This document shows, in pieces, positions 49,321 through 63,484 of a stretch of DNA of 64,000 nt. The DNA lies in the NCBI RefSeq assembly GCF_036321535.1, contig NC_087437.1:74154001-74218000 (forward strand), given 5' to 3'. This DNA is from Camelus dromedarius (taxonomy: Eukaryota). Positions within the stretch are counted from its first letter, which is position 1. Each line of letters begins with the position of its first letter. The notes under the pieces were generated by a model. It was given only the letters and a program-made list of their open reading frames with translations, ran no database searches and was not told the origin of the DNA. A program made the position numbers and the translations under genes.

Positions 49321-50969
49321 TTGCTGTATTATGTTATCATTGAACGTGGACACCTACCAGAGTTCAATGAGTCAAGAATATAATAGGAAAAAAATACCTC
49401 AGTTAAACTTCAGAAATGCCATTCTATGACATAAGTAAAACAAGCAATGTAAAAACAGTGATAAATTACTTATCTTAATATATCAATCTGGAAAATCACA
49501 TTCTCTTCCATTGAGAATTCATCCTGTCCATTTTCTTTGAAAACTCCCAACAGCTTCTCAGATATTCAGAAACATTTGACCTTCGAATATTTCTAACTTC
49601 ATTTATTTTTAGGTGCCAGGATCCACCTTGATTTAATCCCAGCTCCTCTCTACTCTGAGAATCTCCAAGAATCTCTTCAGTAGGTTACACATTCCAAGGA
49701 TACAACAGTATCATCGAGATTAAGGACAGATGAATCAACATCAAATTTAGCTCTGCCAGCCCCAATCCATTGTGATTACCTCCACTTGAAGATTACACAT
49801 GTAAGTTTCTCAGTGGAAAGTTTCCATCTGACAAAATGTGTTAACATACTTTAAAAAGTCAAAAAAAATTAAATCCAAGTCTAGTGAGACTTGCCATTAG
49901 TTATTTCTATGTTTATTACAGTTCTGGAGCCCCTCTAAAATAATAAAAATGATATATAATTACTACATATAGTAACTACATCAAATTAAGTAGTGTTTAT
50001 ATGTTATAGTCCAGAATCCTTATTTCAGAAATAGGTCTCTCTGTCCTAATATGCTAACTCTAAAAAATTCATTTTTAATAAATACTTTCATTTAGAAAAA
50101 CCTGTGTTCAAATTACTCAAATAATATACCTAGGCTGCCATAACACTGCAAAGTATATAGACATCAGTTCTTCTGATACACCTAAGAGCATTCTGTAACA
50201 CAAAAAAGTTTCAGCTGTTAACAGATTTTTGGAGTACAGAGGACTCCATTGTTCTGTTTTTGTAAAAATGATTATTAGAGAAAATATTCACTAAATGATT
50301 TTGTAATTATGTGTTCCCTCTACTGATATTCATCTGGGGAATGTACTTGCTGAAACACTTTAGTGGCTCCTATATATGCCAGGCATCATGCAAAATGCTC
50401 TACATCACAGGTGAACAGGTGAGGTCTTTGCTCCATTCAAGCACATCAATCAAAGGTCTTTCCGTGGACATAACCAACAAGATCTGTGGCATCTGGCCAT
50501 TCTGAATGCTGGTGGGGGAGGCAGAACAGCCCTGAAAGTCTGAATGCTGACAGTGCTTCTGACATTCTCCCATCACTAAAATTCTAAGACTATCTCATCC
50601 CTATTATCTCATTTATTTCCATAGCCATTTAATTTTTTATACCCTTAGTCTTCTCTGAAGGGTGAGACTCATGACAATATAAAATCTCTCTGTAAGATCC
50701 CACAGTGACCCTCAGAAGGCAATGTAGGTAAAGTGTATATTGCATTTTCAGATTCTGGAGAGAGTTACTTCTGACATCAAGACTCAAATGCTTATCTATT
50801 CTTCCATGTGCTAAATCTATCTGGTATTATTTACTTTCTGCTCCTAACACAGCACCTATTATACCAAAAAATAAGGCAAAAGCTCTGATTAGAACAAGAA
50901 AAAGAAAATCTAACTTACATATAAACTCTTTTTAATCAATTTACAAATTACATTTGTATTTTCATCTTT

Positions 50970-51100
50970 ATGGCTCTGAACCTCAGTTTCTTCATCTATA
51001 AAATAAAGTTATATACCTTGTAGAGTTGCCAGGATTGAGTTATTATATAAATAACACCTAGAGGATCAATGGATATTAAATAAGTAGTTACTATTATCAC
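50970..51100 (+). mobile_element. MIR fragment
   Basis: ctctgaacctcagtttcttcatctataaaataaag...tagagttgccaggattgag...tagttactattat. Confidence 0.7.
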
Positions 51101-51599
51101 TTGCAATATTGAGACCTTCACAAAAGAAGTCTCCAATAACACGTTTTGTTTTTCTTAAGAATGATTTTCCTTTTCAATAATGGGATAAATTAAAGGAAAA
51201 ATATCTAACAATAATGGTTATACAGAATTTAGTCATTGAGTATCTTATAATTTTAAGAAGGCTCTATTCTTTGGCAAATTGAGATGATACTCTCAAAAAA
51301 ATCTAATTTTGAGAATCTGTTCTTTCATGATCTAAAGGTTACATAAAGTTTCTTAAGAATGCTTTTATAGTAGACTGCTAACACAGTCCTCACTTAGAGT
51401 TAACATTAATAAATGATGAAAGATTTTTTGTAAAATGGTATACCTTGTTCTAAATTCATTAAAATATGATATATTTCAGTATTATGAATTAAAGTAATGC
51501 AAAATTCAAAATGATTTTTAAAAAACTTGAAAAAGTGATGTCTAACCAGCTATGGAAGTGATTCTGAAACACTCATTCTGCAACATAATTAGCAATAAA

Positions 51600-51601
<2 letters not shown>

Positions 51602-51630
<29 letters not shown>
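51602..51630. repeat. (CA)n microsatellite
   Basis: About 14 AC units. Confidence 0.95.
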
Positions 51631-52309
51631 AGTTCCAAGAAAGCGAATTCTCCTTGACATTCCAACAATTACACCACCATATAGATAAAGTAGCTTTGTG
51701 CATTTAAGTACATGACATGAAACTTGTAAATAATTAATAAAATATTGCAGTGACTATGAAATGTATATATGATTATTATTTTTAAATAACACTTATTCAG
51801 CATAGAACTATTAATAGTTCAGTCATTTCTGACTAAAATTACCCTCATATTACTGATTAGTGGTCACTGTCCCCTGGAAGGAACACTACTGTGGTATTCT
51901 CAGATCATGTATTTCATTTGGAAATGTACTGCAATTTTACCAGTTACTTTAATGGTAATAGAAAGTACATTTGTCAAATTTGTAAATTCCACAAACCTAA
52001 TAGGAACAAAAATTCAGGTTTAAAAAGTTCCATCCTGAAAGACTGGAATTAGCTTAAAAATATACAGAGATATAACTAAGATACATGCAAGTTTTTAGAT
52101 ATGGTGGTTCAAAAAATCAAAATAGATAAATAAGATTATGCAACATCTGTTAATATATTTTTTAAAGGATAATTTTATTCTTACTAACTTTAAACTCAAA
52201 CAATTGGACTACATTAACACAAATTCAGTATCCAGGACAGGGAAGAAATGTATTACTCTATTAAATGTGTAACTACATGTTTTTAAGTGGCCTACTTAAA
52301 AACTGTATT

Positions 52310-53510
52310 TCTAAGATACTGGACGAATAAACAATGGTATATCCACACAGTGGTTTACTATGCAATAATAATAAATAATAAGAAATATCTCTATAATTAT
52401 ATCTTATAAGATTCAAGATATATTACTAAATTTAAAAAAGAAATACTGAGGAGGATATATATGTATACTGCCATTTATTTGATAAACAGGGATATATTTT
52501 ATATATATATTTATACTGAAAAATGATAGAAGTATAAGCCATAAAGCTTTAAAGACATATTTATAAGAGAGGTGACTCAACAGAGGAGGCACATATAGAA
52601 TTTAAATTTCTTAGGACATGCATTCCTTTAGATATTTGATTTTTAGAAATTCTAAATATTTATACAATCACACCAAAAATTACATTTTAAAAAGAAACAA
52701 ATCTCAACAAATTGAAATGAAACAAATGCATTTTACATCTAGTTGGTAGCGTATCAGTACAGAGGGTCTATCCTGCTTTCTTACACACATTCTGCCACTG
52801 AAGGAAAGGAAAGTTACTCTTTATAGAGTAACTGTAACTCAGCTGGTAAGTTAAGAATTAATGTTAGACCTAGAACATCACCATTTTACAATTCCTATCA
52901 AATGAATGAATCTAGTCATTGAGCATGAACAGCTGTTAACATTACAGAAATAGAGACAACCAGACATTATGTCTCTTCTGATGGAAGAACATTACATTAC
53001 CTATAAAGAATTCTTGCCAAAAAAAAAAAAAATTGAACTGAAGTCAGATCAAGGCTGTAGATCCAATTTACAGAAAATAGAGACTTCAGAGAAATAAGTT
53101 AAACTACATTGTATGAAACTACACAGCACAAATGACCCAGCGTCTAGTTCCTTTAAAAAAATACACTTGTATTTCTATATAACAAATATGTAATGTACCT
53201 GTTACATATATATATATATATATATAAAAGCTTTAAATATATAATATATATTTAAAGTATATAAGTATATACTTACATATTGGATATTGGATAATAAATT
53301 GGATATTATAAAGGATAATGAATATTTGATGATGTTAAGGAATACAAAAATAATTGTGGATGAAATAATTTTCTATCTGGAATCATTCAACATAATATAG
53401 ATGGGAGTATAGAAGAAACAATGTTGTTGTGATTGGATGCTGAGAGTACAGAGATTCACCTTATTATTTTGCTTATTTTTGTATGTTTGAAATATACAAC
53501 ACTTTGTGTT
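52310..53510 (+). mobile_element. Old L1 3' UTR remnants (L1MC/ME-type)
   Basis: gaataaacaatggtatatccacacagtgg; gagacaaccagacattatgtctcttctgatggaagaac; atatttgatgatgttaagga; gattcaccttattattttgcttatttttgtatgtttgaaa. Confidence 0.6.
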
Positions 53511-53519
53511 TTAAACATT

Positions 53520-54070
53520 TTATTCATATAGATCCAGCAAATTAATTTTAATTTTATTCCTAGGTATTTTAATTACATAATGCTATCATCACAAAGTCTT
53601 TTCCTTCATTCCATTTTCAAACTATTTCTTTAGTTTGTAAAGATGAAGGGTAATGTTTTTAATAATAATCTTGTAGTTCTAGTGCACTTTATCAACACTT
53701 ATAATAATGCTCTATTTAACTCTCTGGGATTTTCCAGGTCAACAAACATGTTATGTACAAGCCACATTTTGTCTTATTTTCAATTGTATGCTTTTTCTTT
53801 CTTCTACATGATTTTGCTGTTTGGATTCACTTGAGCAATGGTAAATAATAGCTGGGACAAAGGTCATTCTTGTCTTAACTTTGGTGAGAATGCTTCTATT
53901 TATTCCCTCACCTCTGTCCCATCATTAAGCATGATGCTGGGTGTTTGGGAAGTGGTGTGTGTGTGTGTGTGTTTACATTGGATTCCTACTTTATTTTGAG
54001 TTTTAATAAAGAATAGATGTCAAATTTTAAAAAACACTTTTTCAAAATTTATGGAAATAATAAAATCAAT
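53520..54070 (-). mobile_element. Old L1 ORF2 remnant, antisense
   Basis: ttttattcctaggtatttt; ctctgggattttccagg; gggacaaaggtcattcttgtctt...gaatgcttcta; ccatcattaagcatgatgctgg. Confidence 0.6.
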
Positions 54071-54279
54071 CACTAACTGAATAGCCAATATGCTCATATG
54101 GCTTCTTTCTTTTCATTAAATAATATTCTCCCATGTCTTTCTTCAGCTTCACTTCATAAACACACTGACCTAAATCACAGATCATAAAACTCACAATGGA
54201 ATTATTTTTTTCCTCCTTTCCTCCTCCTCCTTTTTAAATAAATATTTCAGTTTGAAAGAATTTAGGTTTTAAAATCTAG

Positions 54280-55030
54280 TTGTATTTGTCCCAACAATGA
54301 CTCATAAATCCAGCTTCTCTCTGCAGTTTATTCTACCTTAGTCTGGCATCCATTCTTTCTGTTTTAGGTATGTTCAACACGCTACTCTCTGGTATTCCTA
54401 CCATGAGACCTGCTTGCTCCTTCTATGTCCTATCCACACTGCGACCAAGTCTCAGCATCTGCAGAGAACACTGGACTGTGTTATCTCCCTGCTTCAGAAC
54501 CAGTGCAAGTTCCTTAAGAATTGCAGGGTAAAATATGAAGTCTTCCACAGTTTACTCACAGTCAACCCTTCTTAGGGCTCTTGATCTCACTCCACCCCTG
54601 TCTCCTCATTCGCTGTGAGACTTGTTCTTCAGCCACACCAAACACCTCACCATTTTTTGGACAGTTCAAGCCCTTTGTGTTCTTTATCTTAGCACATGCT
54701 TCTTTCTACTTGAAACATTTTTCCTTTTATTTAAAATAAAAATTGATAGTTTCCTTTATGCCAAAGCAGACTTAGTTGATCTTCATTCTAAGTTCCCAAA
54801 ACATAATTTCCAAGTCTGTACAGTATCAATTGCCAGATGGCATTTTACTTTGTTCATATTCATATGTCTCATAACAGATAGGAATTATCCAAAATATGGG
54901 ATGTGATTCTTATGCTCCTTTTTAATCCCCAAAATGCTGCAAAGTCTATCAAATAGCAGACAGTAAAATATCATGATTAAATAGTTAACTGTCACATAAA
55001 AGACATTCAGTAAATACTTGTTGACTGAAT
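54280..55030 (+). mobile_element. L2 3' remnant
   Basis: atccacactgcgacca; ggtaaaatatgaagtctt; ttcttcagccacaccaaac; gacattcagtaaatacttgttgactgaatg. Confidence 0.5.
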
Positions 55031-55505
55031 GTACAAATGACACCTGAAGTTTTATGTACCTTAAATACTTTCCATAATAGCAGAAGATTTGTTAGCATGA
55101 TTATCCATTGTAAGTCCAGAGTGTAGCACAGCACTTAGTGTGTAAACATACCTTGAATAAATGAACCAATAAATTATTTTTGAAGTTCTTCCAACCCTTA
55201 GATTTATGACTCTATGATTTAATGTCTCCCCATCATATTACTTAGATCATTTGTTCCAAAACTTCTGCATACTACTTGAGTCCCTGGTCCTATATTTTCC
55301 CTCCATAGCTTTAACTGCCATCCTAGCTGAGACAATCTTGATTTTCTGGGCCAAACTTTGATCTCTCTTATTCTTTAGATCTCCCAACTGATAAAGGCTT
55401 CTTTGTTTTGTTGTTGTTATTTTTTCTTTCTTTTTCTTGTTCCTTGAAAGAAGGTCTGTTTGTCTATGTTGTGAAAATACATCTTTTACTTCGTGGTTTG
55501 AGCAC

Positions 55506-55628
55506 TTTTCAAAATTAAGTTATAGTCAGTTTACAATGCTGTGTCAACCCCTGATGTAGAGCATAATTCCTCAGCCATACACGAACATACATATATTCAT
55601 TCTCACCTTCTTTCTCACCACAGTCTAC
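55506..55628 (-). mobile_element. Camelid/cetartiodactyl-like L1 3' tail, antisense
   Basis: Reverse complement reads ...gaatgaatatatgtatgttcgtgtatggctgaggaattatgctctacatcaggggttgacacagcattgtaaactgactataacttaatt, the same family as the tail at 16370. Confidence 0.75.
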
Positions 55629-55679
55629 ATTCTATCTTGGGTAAACTGCACATTTAGTGCCCCACCAGAGAATCAAAGT

Positions 55680-57480
55680 ACACAAGGGTTAAGGTTCCCA
55701 ACATCAACCATATTTCCCTGTGTGGCAAAAGCAGACAGATCACAGAAGGTAAGGGTAGACCAAAAATGTAGTAAGTAGTAGCCCCAATAACAATTGCTAT
55801 GTGAGATGTGATATCTTTGTGGAGCAGATCAATACAGTTCAGGAACTCTGTGGGTAGCTACTATGGCGAGTGCATACCTTGATAAGTAAAGGGGAGTAAA
55901 AGAGTGCGTTTTCACAAGGGAGGTAACAGTTCACTGCCATTTCCCAGGGCCATATGAACTTTCCTGCTTTCTGTGACATATGATCTTCAAAATACCACAT
56001 TTGTCCACCAGACTGCTAATATCATGTTAATCAGACCCGGAGAGCAGTGAGTGACAAGTACTCTGGATGCTCTAGGAAGACACATCTCATGTCAGATGGT
56101 TGAGGATAGACTCTACGAATATTCACAGCCTGTCAATATCAGTGACGTTTTAAAGACCAGTGGTTTAGGGGATGCCATCTTCATTAAGGGAACACGCTAT
56201 TAAACCCTGCATCTCCTACCACAAAAACAGCACAGCTCTGGGTGTACCTTTGTGATTTTAGAGATAGCATATATCACATTTGAGACCAATGCTCTGACCC
56301 TTTTACTCCAGATCTGGAATCTGTGTGACTCCAGATTTAGGTGGGACCCAGAACAAGAAATGACTCAGCACCAGGCTGCAGTGCAAACTGTCCTACCAGA
56401 CAGGCCATATAACCCAGTAGATCCAACTGACCTAGAGGTTCTCATTGTAGAAAATGATGCCTCCCTGGCAAATTCCAGCAGCATAAGACTCTTAAGGATT
56501 TTTAGTGTAATTTTGTTTCTTTCATAGATGCCTGAAAGGTAGCTCCTGTTGTGCTGCTGGGGCCTTGTAGAGTCTAAGCACCTGGTGGAGACAACAACCG
56601 ACTGCAACTGGAAGCTGTCCACTGTAGGCTGGTGTTGTCATATCTTCCAACTCACACTGCTGAGTAGGTGCAGCACCAATTGACCGTATGCTGGAAATGC
56701 ACCTTTGGCCTGAATCTGGGCATGTCCAGCAGCCAAGAGGAAACGACAAAGCTGGCCCAAATTAACCAAGTTGTTCACCACTGTTACATGCAACGTCTCT
56801 TCCAGCATAAACTTAAGGTTTCACGGAGTGTGAGTGATGAAGGTGGTAGGGAGGTATCTTCAAGCAATGGATGGTGAAGAATAAAACTGTGGCCTGATTC
56901 ATAAATGGGTCATCTCTGTATGATGGTGTAAATAAATGTATACTGCTGTCTCACTCAGCTTCACTTGTAGGTGGATAGATAAATACTCTAAGTACAGCAG
57001 TTGAGGAAAAGTCCTCTAAGAAAGTGGAAAAGTATACTTGTTCATTATTTTTACACAGAAGGAAAAGTACAGAGAAGTAAAACTTTCTGTCTTCAGTAAA
57101 TACTGAAACTATATACATTGATATGTACCTTCACATATATATATGAAAAATATGCATATATATGTATATATATATAGAAGTTAATATTGCTCTTACATAA
57201 CTGAGACATGGGAAGAGTATCTCTGAAAATTAGAAGATTCACCAATGTAATTGTTGCTGTTCTATTTTCAGTGAAGGGAGTAAATGGGCAACTGTGTCAA
57301 GACAATTTGATAATGTCAAGACAATCAAGGATCAGACCCACAGGAATAAAAGTCTGGATTTCTTAATTAGCCACATAACTTTGACCAATTGATTTGGTTG
57401 AGGCTGAGTGAAATCTAGGTGGTGAAAGAAGACGATGAATATCAATTGTAGTCACAAGACTATAGCTTGTTCCATTAACC
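55680..57480 (+). mobile_element. Second, more decayed ERV-L pol/internal fragment without recognisable LTRs
   Basis: RT N-terminus-like gtagtagccccaataacaattgct...gatgtgatatctttgtggagcagatcaataca; ORF 56252-56527 has RWDPEQE...AAVQTVLP.RPYNPVDP..LEV, homologous to the connection region at ~22830-22940 of the main provirus; post-pol motif atcagacccacaggaataaaagtctgg. Confidence 0.75.
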
Positions 57481-59615
57481 CTCTTAATTTAAGTCTTTCT
57501 TGTTACAGACTGCTATCAAGCGTGAAGACATGAAGACACATGATGAATGTAAGGGACAGGCTGGTTCATATGGCTCAACCCCATCACCCACTTGATTTTA
57601 GCACAGTACATGACCAGCACTGCACATCAAATGGGTGGCACAACCTCTCTCTTTTTAAATCTCAGTCTTGCATCTTTCTCTGGTAACTCAAGTGGGTAAA
57701 GTCTTAATCTACAGGGGAGTTGACATTCATGAGACAATCCCCAACAGTGCCATTATTTACATATTTTCCAAATAGGATTTCTTGAGACAGCATAGTCTCA
57801 AGGAAGTGAATTATTATTATCAAAATTTCTTACTTCCCTCTTTTTAAAAGCTCTTCCTGTATTTCATGAAGCAACATAATAACACTTGAATTCTAAGCCA
57901 CTCAAATAGTAAAATACCATTATTTTCCTCTATAAGGAAAAAAAATAAAAATTTAAGGCATTACATAGGTAATTTTCATAGTAGAAGTATAAATGGAATA
58001 TATAATTAGGCAACACATTAAGGTTAAAAAAATACGATATAACCAAATCTTACTTTACATTGCAAAATGTTCATGACTTTTTGCTTTGGAATGTAATCAC
58101 CTTTCATAATGTGATATTTCTCTTTTGTTTTTAGACAACTTAACATGTTTTCTTGGCTCCTGTATATGAAGTTATGCAAGGTCTTTCATTTTAGCCAAGG
58201 TTTAGAAGCCAAAAACTATTACTCAGAGTGAGTCTTCTTTTTTGTTTCATTGAGCCTTTTCATGGTCACATTCAATATTTTATGGGTAAAGGCATCAAGC
58301 AAATTGGCAGACTTGCAAACTGTGTAATCATCCAGATGCATCACTGAATGCCTTAATTGTCACCAAGTTTTAGCTTTTATAAGACATGAATTTTAATACT
58401 TACCTTATAGTGTGAACCTAGTTTTCTAAGTCTACTAGCTTTAGCCTCTACGCTTAAGACAGCAATAATCAGATTTTGTCATATTGTTGTGATGATTATG
58501 TGAAAAACATCACAGGAGTATAACATGTTGTCTATAAAATAATATAAAAATATTATAAATATTGAATAATTTCTCTCACCATACCTGAGAAAAGGTTTGA
58601 GTGAGCCACTGTGCACAACTAGGCAGATTATTTAATTGAATATTTCAGGGAATAATTATTTAAGACTAATCATTAGCTAATAAACACTTCAGATATATTT
58701 GTAATGATATAGGAGGGAGGTCCAGAATTTAAAAATGAATCTGCTACTCAAAGGAAGGTCTTAGCATAAATATTTCTAATGAAACAAGAAATAAACGATT
58801 TTAATTTATTTTATTTTACATATGGTGTCCAATTTTTAACATTTGAATAACATATCACAGAAGTATTGACGTATTTAAGATTTAAAAACATAAAATCATT
58901 GTCTCATAATGTTAAAATATACACTTGAAAATTATTTTCTGCCAATAATAGACACATTACTAATGTCTATCAAAGTGACCACTCACCAGGTAAGCAATTA
59001 GAATAACTGACTGATATTTTTAGTGATTAAAATTTGAAAAAAAATCTTATAATGTTTACAAACTTCCAAAACAGTTAAATTAAATGATGATATTATACTG
59101 TAGCCTGCAAATAATCATTACTATTTACAAATATTTATTTGTGTGAAATGGGATTTTAGAAATTTTATATAGCCAAAATATAGAAATAATTAGATGCCAA
59201 GGCTTAAAAATCTCAAAGCGGCAGCATGAGAGGGTCAAACCAGTGCAACTCAGTCACTGATCCAAACACCACACTTTGCACAGCATAAGTTTAAAAGCCC
59301 AACTGCCTAGATAAGGTAGTTGAAAGTACCTAGATAAGGTTAAAACTTAAGTTTGTTTCTGATAGACTTGGTCAAGTTTTTATCCAATAATTACAATGTG
59401 TAAAATGACCTAAAGAGAACACTGACAAGTGAGTAGAACTTTCATAAAACAAAACCTTGAATTATAGCTTATTATATGCTAATACTAGGATGATGATAAT
59501 AATAATAATGTTATAAGTAACATAGTCTAGAAAAGGTGAGGTGAAAAATCCTGATGGATCATCTTCCAGACAAAGAAGCTCAAACAGCAGAAGGCCTCAA
59601 TGCATACATTCCTGT

Positions 59616-60043
59616 TGTGATGGTTAACTTTACATGTCAACATGGCTGGCCACAGTGCCCACATGTTTGGTAAAACATTATTCTGGATGTTTCTATGAGG
59701 ATTTTTTTTTGGATAATATTAACATTTAAATCAGTGGACTTTGAGTAAAGCAGATTGCTCTCCATAATGTGTTTGGGCCTCATCCAAACAGTTGAAGATC
59801 TGAATATAACCAAAGACTGACCTAGCAAGAAGGAATTCTTCAACAGATATCCTCTGGACTTGAATTGCACATCAGCTTTTCCCTGGGTCTCCAGACTGCC
59901 AGCCCACTCTGTGGACTTTGGATTGTCCATAACCACATGAGCCAATTTCTTAAATAAATCTCTCACTCTCTCTGAGAGATAGAGAAAGAAAGAGAGAGAC
60001 AGATTCTATTCCTTCTGTTCTCTGGAGAACCCTGACTAATATA
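59616..60043 (+). mobile_element. MLT2 (ERV-L) complete solo LTR
   Basis: tgtgatggttaactttacatgtcaac ... ttctgttctctggagaaccctgactaatata; flanks cctgt / tctat are a possible decayed 5-bp TSD. Confidence 0.92.
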
Positions 60044-60499
60044 TCTATAATTAAAATTTTCTTCTCTACTTATAATATACAGCTCAATTAAACGTGATCT
60101 GAAGTCATTAAAATCGCCTTCTTGTATCTACTCAGAAAGCATATGGCAAAAATAAGGCTTAGAGGTAGGGAAAACACATTCATCAGGGGAGCAATTTTAA
60201 GACTAAAATAAAACATCACCCTTTGTGTTGGGTTATATGCTATTTCCTTAGGATATTAATAGTGAGTGGTTTTTAATTAAAGATGATCCAATCAGTGGTG
60301 AATCATAAGGCATAGTACTTTCTCATCCTTTTATACATCATTGATTCTCTCTATAGATATTCTAATTTATCATATTGCTGATAAGTGATAAAAAACGAAT
60401 ATTGTCAGTGAAAAATGTCACAGGTAGAGGAAGAAAAGCCATCCTGAAATCATTTAATGACCAGATCAGAGTTTTAGAAATTCAAAGTCTTGGTCCTTA

Positions 60500-60685
60500 A
60501 AACATTCTAACGCTAGAAACTTAAGTTTTTTAGGAGCTTTAAGGGTTATCTGGCCTAATGGCTCATCTGATACTTGAGTCTCATCTATAACATCTTTTCT
60601 AAGCCTATGCTTGATGCTTAATGATGGCTGTCCTATGATAAATCTGGTAATAGAGTAAAATTCATTGACTCTACTTTTACACTTT
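60500..60685 (-). mobile_element. L3/CR1 3' end remnant
   Basis: ggagctttaagggttatctggcctaat...catctgatacttgagtctcatctataacatc...agcctatgcttga resembles the antisense L3 3' end. Confidence 0.45.
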
Positions 60686-62739
60686 TAAGATACATAACCT
60701 TTATTGTCAAATGGTCAAATACTTAAAGACAGTCTGAAGAACATTCAAAAGAGATAAGGCAGACGAGAATTTCCAGTTTTCCATTCACTGAAAACATTCT
60801 TCTCGATGCAATCTTACGGATCGTAGGCTTCTGTCACACACTTAGGCTTTATAAGAAAGCAGCACTATGAACGCTTTTCTGATAGTAAATTTTAGGGATT
60901 CGGAGAATTTTTTTTTTAGTATTGGAAGGAATTATGTATACAAAACTTTTGGCATTATGGATGCATTCACTAGTTAATTTCACTAGTTAATTCTCCTTGA
61001 CAGACAATAGTGGCAGATACAGGACAAAATGAGGAAGAAAGGCATATTCCATAGGGAAATAAAAGGTATTTCAGTTAAAACTCAGAAGAACATCTTTGAC
61101 AGTACTCAATTCCTCCGAAGAAATTTTCTCTCAGTTAAAATGGGTTGTTAAATAACAGCATTTTATATGTGCTTTTTACATGGGAGATTATACCACTAAC
61201 AGGATTTAACTGTAAATAAATGTCCTAAACGTTCAAAAGATTAACTTAGAAAGAAATCATGCCTCCCACCGAATGAACACTTCCTTTCTCTAAAATAGCT
61301 AAGGGGGTCTTGTGTATTTCTCTTATTGGTAGATCTCAACCCGTAACTTCAAGCTAGCTATACATCAGGAGAATAGTATAATTTGAAATGAAATTAGACT
61401 GTGTCTTACATTACTTTGTTTGAACAGGACTGAATCTTATTTTATTCCCTTTTTTTATTTAATATTTCACATGTATTCATATTTCACAATACAAATATAA
61501 GCAGACAAGTCATAGCTTCAGCAGCCAAACATCAGTATAGTAGTTATATTAAAAAAAAAAAAAAAGAAAAATTGTAACTGAGGTATTTGTACATTTGCAA
61601 AGGGAGAGGAGATAAACAACCAGATTACAGGCTACAGAATTGTGGCAACAGCCCAGAAAGCCCCTGGGAACAACTGAACATTCAGCGGAACATCTCGCCT
61701 GTCACTGCTAGACAGACACTCCATTTAGTGCATGTGCATGTGCAAAATTTATGGGAAAAGCTGCACTCAGGCAATATGCAACAGATTGTAATAAAAGGGA
61801 AATTATCTAAGGAAAGTAAAATATGATCCTAAAGATGTTAGTGAATAAAAAAAAATAACTAGAGATATTTCCTTTCTCTCGAAAGCTAATCTCTCTTAAT
61901 ATAACCACTACTTTGTCAGCTACATTACAGGACTCTCATGAAAAACTAACAGCTGTATACACTTGAAGAATGAAGAGAAAAATGTTTAATATGATCCTTT
62001 TCAATGCCAAAGCCCTTTCAAGTTCTAAAGGCAAACATTACAGGGGGCAGGAAAGAGATTTTTATCAGAGTTAAGGAACTGGTATTTCTACTTTCATTCA
62101 ATGAGACATTTTGATTCTACAAATGCTATTTTTGTCTTAGTTTTCTTCCAGGCTTGACTGTCTAATTTATGGATGAAAAAACAAAAAACAAATGTAAGTC
62201 ATACGAAAGAAAGCAATACAGATAAAGCATCATCATGAGGAGTGTTATGGAATTTATAACTGTGTACAGAGGGAATACTGTGTTTAGGTAACAATAAAAA
62301 TGCCCTTCACACTTTCCCTCACCAGTTAACAATCCTGCTTATCAGTGTTACTTTTTATCCTCAAATAATAAATACCTCAGGTCGCCTCATCCATTTTCCA
62401 CAGCTGAACCATATTACACTTACAGTGTAAATTTACTTATGATGGACACTCACATGTTTACATAGACATGCCATCTCTCCTTTAGAAGCATAACCGCAAG
62501 TCACTTTATGCCTTAATCTAAGCTTTGATTATATTTTTAAGCACTGAAGGGGCACAGACAGAGTGAGATTAAGATTCTTGTGGAGAACTGTTTCATAGAG
62601 AAGTTAAATCTGAGCTAACATTTATAGTGGGAGATGGAGATGAGTGTGAAAGGCATTCTATAAAGAAGGACCAGCAGAATTAAAGGCGTAGACTGGCGAC
62701 CAAAATGATGATTTAGAAAGAGAAGGCAAGTGAAAAAGA

Positions 62740-62880
62740 AATGAAACTAATATTTACTGAGTGCCTATAATGTTCCAAAAATTCCAATAACTGCTTCTCT
62801 GTGTCATATAATTCACACTCACAAAAACTTTTCAAGTATCATTATCCCCCATTACAGTAAAGATAATTGTACACCAGTCA
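62740..62880 (-). mobile_element. MIR fragment
   Basis: ctaatatttactgagtgcctataatgttcca...ctcacaaaaac...tatcattatcccccattacag. Confidence 0.7.
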
Positions 62881-63017
62881 GTTATCTAATAGTTACATTT
62901 TATAGATAAGGATCCTGACTATTTAGAAAATAGTCTTGTGTGACAGAAATTTACAACACACACATGAACGTAAGAAGCAGCTAAAAAGGTGACTAAATTA
63001 GAGAAGCCTTTGATTTT

Positions 63018-63484
63018 TGTATTAGTCTTCAAAGGCTGTGTAATAAATCACCACAACTTCAGTGCTTAAAACAACACACATTTATGATCTCAAAATTTCT
63101 GTGGTTTAAGGATCTGGGCACAGTTTCACTGAGTTCTCTGTTTAGGGTCCCAGGGGCTGCAGTCAAGGTGTTGGTCAACTGCATTCCATCTGAAGGCTCA
63201 TCTGGGAGGAGCACACTTTCCTGCTCAAAGAGTTGTTGGCACAATTTAGTTTCTTGCAGCTGAAGGACTGAGCATGAGTCTCTTTTGCTGACTGTTAGAA
63301 GCAATCCTCAACTCCTAGCTGCTGCCCAAAGTTCTCATAGACCCGCCACAACTTCTTGCCATGTAATTGTATTGATTCGGAGCAAGTTACAGATTCTTCC
63401 CCCATTCAAGAGGAGAAGCCAATATGAGGCATAAAAACTCAGAGGAGAGAATAAATAGGGGAATCCTAGAGTCTATCCACCATT
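63018..63484 (-). mobile_element. MLT1 (MLT1D/E/F-like) MaLR solo LTR
   Basis: tgtattagt...aaatcaccacaacttcagtgcttaaaacaacacacatttat...aggatctgggcacag...gttgttggcacaatttagtttcttgcagctg...cctagagtctatccacca. Confidence 0.8.

Noticed and set aside
58404..58531. Minus-strand 128-nt segment with consensus acceptor and GTAAGT donor
   Set aside because: It has stop codons in all three frames. Such splice-like motifs are common by chance, and there is no other support.
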